Below are positions 54,989 through 64,000 of a stretch of 64,000 bases of DNA, piece by piece (within the stretch, counting starts at the first letter, position 1; each line of letters begins with the position of its first letter). The stretch comes from Yuukianura sp. NJ FZ-2021 (taxonomy: Eukaryota). The notes beneath the pieces are model-generated. The model did no database searches. It had not been told where the DNA came from and saw only the letters and a list, made by a program, of their open reading frames with translations. Location: assembly GCA_046563655.1 (NCBI GenBank), contig CM102286.1:13454001-13518000 (forward strand), read 5' to 3'. The translations under genes and the position numbers were made by a program.

Positions 54989-55092
54989 TCAATGACCTTT
55001 GACTGTCTTGGCTAATACTGGTGGCGGTGCATTTCCAACAGCATTTCCTACTTGCAAGTTGCATCTTCCATCAATCCGTAAAATTTTTGCAT
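54989..55092 (-). pseudogene. Possible decayed fragment of a C5 cytosine methyltransferase (motif X)
   Basis: Reads KFYGLMEDA, then after a frameshift QVGNAV(GNA)PPPVLAKTVKGH*, versus the DNMT1-type F.G...D...QVGNAVPPPLAKAIG. Confidence 0.35.
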
Positions 55093-58000
55093 CTAAATTT
55101 TAAAGTCGAAAAGTTGCAAAAAAAAATTGTGCAAATTTGCTTATGTGCCTAGCGCGGACGCTAGGAAATTTTTTACTTTGCAAGAATTACTCAGTCGGAG
55201 AAACTGTGAGTATAAATTAACATTTTGTAATTAATATTTTAATTAAAAACACAATTTTTGTGCTGAGCTATGAAATTGTTAATTTGCACATTTTGTAAAT
55301 TTGATCTTTGATGTGAAGCTTTCGACAACGTAAAACGTGATTGTGATTCTTTTCCTCAAAATCATTTAATCAGCGCAACGTTAAAAAATTTTGCACGACG
55401 TAGAATATTCAAGTGATCTTTACATGCGATTTCCTTAATTTTTTTTTCCCAGTTAAAATTTTTATCTTGACAGTGAGTTTGTAAAGTAAACTTCTCATGG
55501 GCGTTTAGTTTAGAGAAAAGTGCTGTTCGAAACTCCGTGCATAAAAGTTTTAGCTGCAGAACTTAATGGCGTATGGCACACATATCCTAGATGTAAACCA
55601 GTTGAAGTTAATCATCAGTTATTTACTGTAGGTGATACGAAATGTAAACAGGCAGTGTACCATTGGTGGGGCAGGAGGCCGGATAGCTCATTTTTGCACA
55701 AGTTTAGCTTAAAGTTAACTGTAAGCTTGGATTCGGTGAAAGATATAACGATAGGGACTAAATGCTCATGTTGGTTCATACGCCATTCCAGGACTCTTTT
55801 GAACGGGAAATTAGGTATAACCAAATATTATACAGTAATCATCTCGGATGTCAAAAATATTTAGTCTCAATGCCCGTAATATTTAAAAAGTATTTTAAAA
55901 ACATATTTGTGTTTTTTTGTTACTAAATATTTATTTCCCATGCCCTTAATATTGAATATGTAAATATTTGGAGGATTAAAAAATATTCTTTTGTCAATAT
56001 TTCGATGGTTTTTAGCTCGTATTTTTGACAGCCCTGATAATCACCGTCCATAATTAACAATTCATATTCCGTAATGTTCATAAGTGACCGTCTACAAGAT
56101 TGCTGGTCCATAATTGGCCGTTCAAAAGTGTCTGGTTACGCCATTCGCTTTGGTTTCCTTATTACAAGAGTGGGAGTTAATGAACAGGGTTTAGTTTGGG
56201 TTATAAGTTTAGGAAAATATAGACACACGAGCCAGATTTGTGCAATTTTCGTGTATACTGTGATTACCCTAGAAGTTAGTTTCAAAAGTTAAATAAATTA
56301 AAGTTAGTTAAATCCAAGTTGGATAAATTGGACGTAAGCTACGGTTTAGAATTTGGAAAGCCAAAAGTGGAGAATCCCGAGAGGAGTAGTCCGTGGTTTT
56401 CCAAAACCAAATCAAACCGGTGTTTAGACTTTTCAAAAAACATTACAATTTGACAATTCTTGATTCTGAGCTTGCCGGATGGTAAGTTTTTTAAATTTGT
56501 TTTCGATCTTCGACGAGAAAGTTTTGTCAGAAATTTCTTATTCCTGATTAACCGATTTCTTGGCAAGATAGTGAATACGTAAATCGGTGTTAAGCGTAAA
56601 AGTGAAAGCGCATGATCTTGTAAGAAGTGACGCTGACGTCTTTTTATCAGGATTCTGGATTTTCCGATTGAAATTTAAGATTCAGGATACACAAGACCGA
56701 CCGGAGGCAATACATATAAGACTTGTCGCGGTTTCAATTTCCGGCAAAATTCATAGCGTTTTGTTTGAATTTTGAAAATTTCAATCATGCAAAAAACTAA
56801 AAGTTTTAAACAAATTCTGAACTTTTGAAAGGTTTTTCTCTTACACTAGCGACGATTACAAACACCAAATAGAAATTGTTGCTGTGCTTTTTCTTTGTAA
56901 ACTGGACTTTGGAGGTTACCGTATTTCCAGGCTATTTTTCACTTCCAGTGACAACTCAAATTCTATTTTTATGAAAATCAGAAACAACTTTTTCACTTGT
57001 CAAGAACTTTAAAAGTGGACAGCTTATACTAATCTATTTCAAAATTAAAACACAAGGATTTAAATAGGGCTGTAAAAACATTATAATTTTTTCAGATAAG
57101 ATCAGATGAAAGATGAATTTTTTAGTTTCAAAACCAAACTTGTATTCATCTTTTCAAATTTTTTTCACTGTTCATAAAAGTTCAAACCTTTCTCATTCAA
57201 TTAAACTTTATTTTAATTAATGACACTTTGTTTTGAAGAACAAACACTTAATGAACTAGTCCAATTATTGCTTGAAGTTGATCTGATTTTTATCTTTCTC
57301 GAAAAAAAAATTTTTTTCAGTGTGAAAATTCAAGTCAAACTTGCTTCTTATTTTTTAATTTCTTTATGTTCTTTTCAGTTGGGAATTATTTCTGCTGACT
57401 ACAAAATTTGTTCAAATGGTTTCCAGAATCTAAAATTTCCAAGAATCTTTCAATTTACTTTGAACATCAGTGAAGATCGAAAGCTACAAAGTCCATTCTG
57501 AACATGCAGAAGTTACGCAAGTATCAATAACTTTGGTGACTGGATATCCAATTTTAGACTTAAGTTGATTTATGCAACCAGCGTTTTCCAAATCCAAGAC
57601 GAATATGGACTTACGCCTCAACATAAGTGTAACATGAATCCATCAAATTCAAATCTTGCAGATCTTAAATACAGAAGAAAGTTAAGTCCAACGTAGCCTA
57701 TTCTGGGCAACTCCGAACAAGGAAATGATGGTGGGAGTAACTAAGAGTTGTGCCGAGCGTGAATTGACGTTGGAATTCAATTGTGAATTGTTCCAGAGTG
57801 AGCATGACTTCAAATAATCATTTCCATTATTAAACTTTCCCAACAGTTACAAAATCAAGTGTTCCTAATGATCCCGTAAACGTCACATTCACAATAGTAA
57901 CCATTCAGTCTAAAGTTCTTTTTCAAACAAAAAACTTCACTAAAAGTGTTCTTCTCCAAATTACGAAAACAAAAACAGAAGAAAAAAAAATAAAAACCGA

Positions 58001-58242
58001 CAAAAAGTTATTCGAGAGAAGAAAAAGTAGCAATTTGATTGCAAAGTGAAAAAAAAGTTGCGTGAAAGTGAATTTTTTTTGTGAAGAAAATTTCTTGGAT
58101 TTCGGCGTCCAATTTCCTCTCTTTTTTTCCAATTCTTCTCAAGTTTATTTTGAAGTACTTTTTTCAATTTTTTTGATTGAAAACCTGAACCCGGTGTTTC
58201 AATGACCTCACGTGACCTTAGTGAAAGTGTTTTTCTACAAAT

Positions 58243-60002
58243 ATGAAATTGGAAGATCTTTTGTACTTTGTTATGAGTCAGAAGAACGAAGAAGGTGACA
58301 GTCCTCACAGTTACTTGATGCTCAATGGTTCTCAAATTTCCAGTTCAACTCAGTTGATGGTTGAAGAAAAAGACAAGAAGGAATGGACTCACGATGGTTC
58401 TGGTTCTGCCGACCTTGATGAAGGATTCTGCATTTATAATTTTAGTATCAAGTCCATTCATAACAAAAGTAATTGCAACATTAACAATAATCAACTTCTG
58501 TTTCAAGTGGCAGATCCCAATACCAACACTACCGTTTTACTTCAAATTCCACCATTACAGAATAACATGCGTCGTGTCAAATCTACACCAAATTTACTAC
58601 AACTTCCATCAGTGCAAAGATCTAGAAAAAAATCGGATGATTCAGCGCTAGGAAGCGGTGAAGAATCGGAGCTAAGTGACAAACTAAGCGATGTGTCTTT
58701 TACAGGTGAGAGATTTACTAATGTATTCAAAATTTTGAAAATTTACTACTCAAAATTTTGAGTATTTGGAACGTTTTGATTTTTCGAAAAAAACGGAGAG
58801 CTGAAATTGCGTTTTATACTTTACGAAGTATACACAAGTTTGTTAGAACAAAATACTTTATAAAATTGCTTATGTGTTGGTAATTGCAATATTAAACCCA
58901 ATTGCCAATTTGAAGAAAGAGTTCACAATTTCCGCAAATTGAAAGTGAAGGAGTAGCGCAAGGTCATCCAGTTTGCAAAAAAAAATCATTTTTTTGCTAA
59001 AAATGTTCAACACTTTTGTTTTGTTTTTTGAAAGTTTTTTTAGTTTCAAGATGCTGGTCAAATTTCTGTTAAAAATCGTTTTTTAATCATAATTCGAAAT
59101 TTCTGCTGTTGCTTTTTAAATGTGAGAAAAGCTGAATTTTGTATTACACACTGACAAGGCCATAATCGCTGCTGTTTTGCTCAAACCATAAAAGTGTAGT
59201 GAACTTGTTCTTGGGGTTATCAAAATTTTGTGGAAATTCTAACGATAGTTGAAGCTGGAGAAACTTTTTTTTTAAACACAGTTGGAGGTTGGAGGTCAAC
59301 GTTCAAGCGCTGAAAATTGAGATTTATTGAGGTCAGGAGATCATGTTGGATCTTTTTCATTTTTATTTCACTATGGTTTACGCTTTTTAAAATTAACCGT
59401 TGCAAACGCCGTATGTAAGTAGCGAACGGAAATTGGAGTGCACAGGCCGAAATTTGTGCACTTCCGGTCAAACCTATTCGTCACCTCTGGACCATGTGAA
59501 GTTCATCTGCCAAGGCAGAATGAAAATCGGTCCAGTGGTTCCACAGGTATGTTGTCCAGCAGACAGACAGACAGACAGACTCTGGGAAAAACATAAAGTA
59601 GCGAACCACTTTCGCTAACTTAAAAACTGATTTTGATTTTGGTTTTTAGACTATGGCGGTACAAAGGTGTCTGATTCCTACGTCCACGAGCCGTTACGCG
59701 TTCCAGCCGAATTCCAGCGCCAGCATCAAGAGCGAGAAGTGCTCGTGCCGACATTGACTGCTGGAGGTCACCACAACTTGAGGCCTCCTTCAGTTGTAGT
59801 GAGTGACCATGACCTCTGTCATGCAGGGGAACCGACATTCCTGACCTTAGAAGAAATCGAGGCCGAGTTCGCCTACAGTTCGCGCATGAACAGTCGACGT
59901 ATTTCTGACACCAGTACATGCAGTTCATTCTCTGATATTGAATACTCATTGGCACCCCCACAAGAAGAAGAACAAGAGCAGGAAGACGAAACGACAAACA
60001 AG
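58243..60002 (+). CDS. 5' exons (58243-58705, 59650-60002) of a gene continuing beyond the window; Ser-rich N-terminus, tentatively reminiscent of arthropod IP3 3-kinase long isoforms
   Basis: Phase-1 GT-AG junction joins the two ORFs in frame; motifs RRVKSTPNL, PSVVVSDH, TLEEIE, RRISDTSTCSS; donor at 60003. No catalytic domain in the window, so identity is low confidence. Confidence 0.55.
59395..59625 (+). mobile_element. Helitron/Helentron-associated (DINE-1/HINE-like) non-autonomous element in an intron
   Basis: (GACA)5 microsatellite followed by a 3' stem-loop TAGCGAA-ccact-TTCGCTA; AAGTAGCGAAC occurs near both ends. Confidence 0.55.
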
Positions 60003-60747
60003 GTTAGAACTATTAAAAAAATCAAAGTTTTCGAAAAAAAAAATCAAAAATTGCATCTTGCTTGGTCTCGTAGCTTGCTTCTCTAAATGCTTTTCCGAAA
60101 TATTGGAACGTAAAACTAAATTTGTATATTACAAATTGTAATTCTAGACAACTTTTGTCACGTGCTTTGAAATAACCGCAAAGTTGAATTGCTACGATAT
60201 TGGATATCCGTATTTCTCTGAAAATTTTATACGCAAATGAAAACCTAGATTTTCAAAAAACGCCGCCGCTTCAAATTCCATTCAACGAAACGAGTGTATT
60301 ATCTTTGGCACTTTTTGGAATTTTACGGTACCAGAGTTCTCAAAAATTCAGCAAGCGTATCCGTTCCGCTTAAAACAGCGTCACGTTTCCAAAAGTTCAG
60401 TTATCAATTGACACACAAAGATTGCATCACTTTTCATTTGAAAAAGTATTTTTAATGTTTCTCAACAATTTAGCTCATTTGCCCAAAAATTTCAATGTAC
60501 CAACAAAACTTAAGTAAAGACAGTTTCATGTCCCGTTTAAAGTCTTTAACAGTATCACAGTTAGTTTCGCCTCGGGCTATCTTAAAACCTCAGTCTGGAG
60601 AAGGTGACCGCTGATTGGTTGTCAGCAGATGTGGCTCACCGCAGATAATCCAAGAAAACGCAGAAACAAAAAATAATAATCAGAGCTCATAGAAATATTT
60701 TAATTGAGCTATTACGTATTTTAATTTAAGCTGAGTTCTATCGTAAC

Positions 60748-60940
60748 CATTGTTGGTGGATATCCACTTTTTCAGCATTTCGTCCAGGACATATCCACTG
60801 GATAAATGGATAAATCCGGATGAAATCCACTTTCCGATGGACGAAATTAAGTTTCATCCGGAAGAAACAAAAAAAAATCCGGATATATCCACCACTTTCG
60901 AGGGGAGTGGAAGAAATATTTTATCCATCCACCAACACCG
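60748..60940. mobile_element. MITE-like element (hAT-like ends) with internal TGGAT/ATCCA repeats
   Basis: TGTTGGTGGAT...ATCCACCAACA terminal inverted repeats; ATCGTAAC is present on both sides (60740-60747 and 60947-60954). Confidence 0.55.
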
Positions 60941-60970
60941 AGTAACATCGTAACTTCTATTCTTAAACAC

Positions 60971-61102
60971 TAAGCGCGAATTGAGCAAATTGGCAACAGT
61001 GTAACTCAACCTTATTGGGGTGTGGGTTTGGTTTTTAGAAGGGTGGGTTATGTTTCATTGGTAATGTGAGTTCAGTGTTGCCAACTTGTGGAATTCGCAC
61101 TA
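60971..61102. mobile_element. Degenerate inverted-repeat element / MITE relic
   Basis: gcgaattgagcaaattggcaacagtgtaactca on the left pairs imperfectly with tgagttcagtgttgccaacttgtggaattcgc on the right. Confidence 0.45.
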
Positions 61103-64000
61103 ATTGTTTTTGCGGTAACAAATAACAATATAACCACTTCATTGTAGTATAGTAAATAATATAATAAAAAAAAATTTCTATTTTGTATTATTTCAGAAAA
61201 TCATAACTAAAAATATTTATGACAGCTCTGATTTCAATTTTTTGATAATGTTATGTTGCCTAGTATGGTATATTTTTATGTATTTTGTTAGGTTTTAGAT
61301 TAAAGGTTGTACAAATGTCTGCCCATTTCCTGTCTGTTCAACAGTTATTACTTTAGTATTCGTAGAGGTTAAGCAGTAATATATTTGACAACTGAACAGT
61401 GTTTGTAAAGTGGGTTTTAGCCGTTTTGATTTGACTTTATAGCCTAACCCAATGTCAGTTCAGAAAAAAAGTTTGCTTTAAGTGCTATCTTATTTAAGTG
61501 ATCCACCCACATCAATACCACGTTACTAAAACCTGTTTAGCTTAACTTCGCCCACATTTTCCACTTGGCCCAACAACTAAAATCAAGAAGTGTCGTCGGT
61601 CTTTTTTCTTTGTTGCAAATATCTAACCTAACTTTTTTTTCCACGCTATCTCAGCCCTAAATGTAGTGTTATGGTGGTGTAGAAATAATGACTGTTGTTG
61701 TGCCTCCTTATGAACCTTAATGGACTATAGCATTTGTATTTGCCAATTTTTTGCAACTTTGCGAAAAGATATAAGTTGGTAGAGTATGGCCTGGGACTGC
61801 CATACTAATTTTCTAGACGAGTTTTAGAGCAGAGCTCAGCCATTGTTGTGATTCGCAACTTAAGAACCAGAATTATTTTGAAACTTTAAGAGAGAAACCG
61901 AATTCTTAAAATTTTGAACTTTACTATACAAAAAAAGTCGAAATTCAGAAAGTTCATTGAGTTTTTTTTCGGATTGTGTGTAAAAGTGCTAATTTTTTTT
62001 TGTGAAGTGTGACTGACAATGTTATTGTTGGTGTTGATTGACATATCAAAGGAGTGATAAAAACAATCAGTTTTTTGCCTTTTGTTTTGTTTTGTTCTTT
62101 TAAAAAGTCTAATTTTAAACTCCTTCGTTTAATTTTTTATTAAAAAAGTATTTCTTAAAAAGTTTTCCTATTTTTTAAAAAATGGGGAGCATTCTACGCA
62201 GAAGTAAAAAGAAACGGAGCCGTAAGAAAAAAAAATACCGTTAATTAAGATATTTACTTTGAGAAAAACAATGATTGTTTTTCTCAGTAAATTAATTATT
62301 AATTAACAAAAATAATTGGAAATTAAGGAATTGGATCAATTAAGTAATTAATTGGATCAATTCAACCATAGATCAAAAACTTGTTTGCCTTCATCTCCTG
62401 TTTGTCAGTTTGTCATCTGCGCAGTAAAAAGTTCATTAGGAACTTACGAAACATGTTTGAATTTTTTAAAAAACTTGATTTTTAAGAAATCCGGTTAAAG
62501 TGTCGCAGTGGAAATCAGTTTCAAAAAAATTTGACATTGTAAGTTGGAAGAATTTCGAACAAAAATTTAATTGACATCTCTTAATTAATGACATTTTCGT
62601 TTCAACATTTTCGAATTTTTATCTTAGACGTGTTTTGTTCACCCCTAATTGCATTTTCTGTTGATAAAACCTAAATTGACACAGGAAACTTTTCTTTAAA
62701 TGTTTTATATATTTTAAATTAATTGGAAATTTAGTAAATTGGGCCACAAAATTAAGTGGGATGTGGAGAAGTGTGCACGTGCAAAGGCGCCAACTTTTGA
62801 TTTGTTGTGGAGATATTCGAAGTTTTGGTTTGCCACTTAAGGAAAAGGAAATGGAAATGGACGTTTACAAAGTAAGGCTAAGTGCGGCTATTATACAATG
62901 AGTAATTGCAAGGTTTGACCTCTGATCTGCCCAAATTGCGTTTCATTCACTGCATCCATCAAATTTTAGCAACTTGGCCTTCAGTCAAAGGTCAAGCCAC
63001 AAAGTACAGCAAAGTAAACAACAAAAACTTAAAAAAACCTAACCTAACATTTCATTCTAAATGTTACCGAATTACAATTGGCCAAAATGGAAAACAAAAT
63101 TCAAGGAGTTTTCTTCTTTCAAAATTCAAGAAGAAAATTTTTCTTTAATTCAAAAAGTTTATGAAAGTTCAATGCCATCAAGTGAGGATTTTTGCTTCCA
63201 ATTTTCACTTTTTACCTACTATTTTTTTTTGTCAAAATCGCATTTTAGCACAAAATCATTGTCGATTTCCGCTTCATAGATTCATATTTTATTAGTTAAT
63301 TACTAAACTTCGTTAAGTAAACTCTGTTAGGTTAAACTTATGTTAGTCGCGTTACGCTTGATGTGAGCATAACCTAGTAATGTAAAGTTTGAAAAACTTC
63401 TAGCATTAGCATATGAATACCGTAACGAATTGACTTTTGAAATGGAAATTGGCAGTTTGGAGCCATGTAAGGAAAAACCTTTAAAAATGTTGTGCAATTG
63501 AGTTCAATTGAAATTCTTTTTTTTAAATTTGCACAGGAGTGTGGTAGTAGTAGTGCCATTAGGATTCAATGTCTGTTAGTAAACTGCTGTCCGTATTAAT
63601 TTTAGCTCTGCCCTCAATCTTTACATCCCAACAGACCTCTTTTACCTTGAGGTTTATGACAACCACTGGCAAAGGAATATCAATAGCCTATCCTATTAAA
63701 TACAAGGGGATACTAACGTTTACTATAATTTTAAGCCTAACTTTGACCTAACTATAGACTCAAATAGGATGCGGTATTTACTCAAAATTAACCACAGGCA
63801 GAACAAAACCTTTAGCATTTCCAGCACTCCATGCTTGTATCATATGTCAGTAGGCAGTCTAAGGTTAAGCTAAACCTTTGGCATTGTCCAGAGAGTGGTT
63901 TGGACAATTATAGAAGCCAGGCGCTAATTAAGCAGTGCTAATTTCTTAAGCACTGGCTTTTTAACCTGAAACACGGAAGGAGTTCATGCGTCGGTGAGTT

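Noticed and set aside
55520..57501. ORFs that might be retroelement or viral fragments
   Set aside because: No RT, integrase, transposase or capsid motifs recognisable.
59620..59997. Minus-strand 125-aa ORF with a signal-peptide-like start
   Set aside because: Antisense to a plus-strand exon that has proper splice sites and frame continuity.

Overview
Gene-dense eukaryotic (arthropod-like) genomic DNA with short, AT-rich spliceosomal introns. A hexapod such as a springtail is plausible, but this is inferred from gene content and intron style only. Genes in order: simjang/p66 (GATAD2), a SKOR/fussel corepressor followed by ~9 kb of non-coding DNA, pyroglutamyl peptidase I, CFAP91, an unknown disordered protein, CDIN1, then an 11-kb digestion/detoxification cluster (lipase, two intronless bacterial-type polysaccharide-lyase-like genes, lipase, a bacterial-type N-acyl-D-amino-acid deacylase, two MGST1), TM2D3/almondex, two tandem orphan acidic proteins, ACBD3, RPLP0 and the 5' part of a gene running off the window. 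Highlights: (1) the single intron of the D-aminoacylase gene is a DNA-transposon insertion (TIRs plus 8-bp TSD) that would splice out perfectly via a GC-AG pair, i.e. an introner-type intron gain in a likely horizontally acquired gene; (2) two adjacent orphan genes share a ~70-aa Cys-containing domain I do not recognise, one with a perfect RFX X-box and the other ending in a polybasic + CaaX anchor; (3) tandem secreted bacterial-like lyases with differences concentrated near the predicted cleft; (4) a stop-free, in-frame intron in SKOR; (5) a decayed C5-methyltransferase motif X fragment; several MITE and Helitron-like relics.
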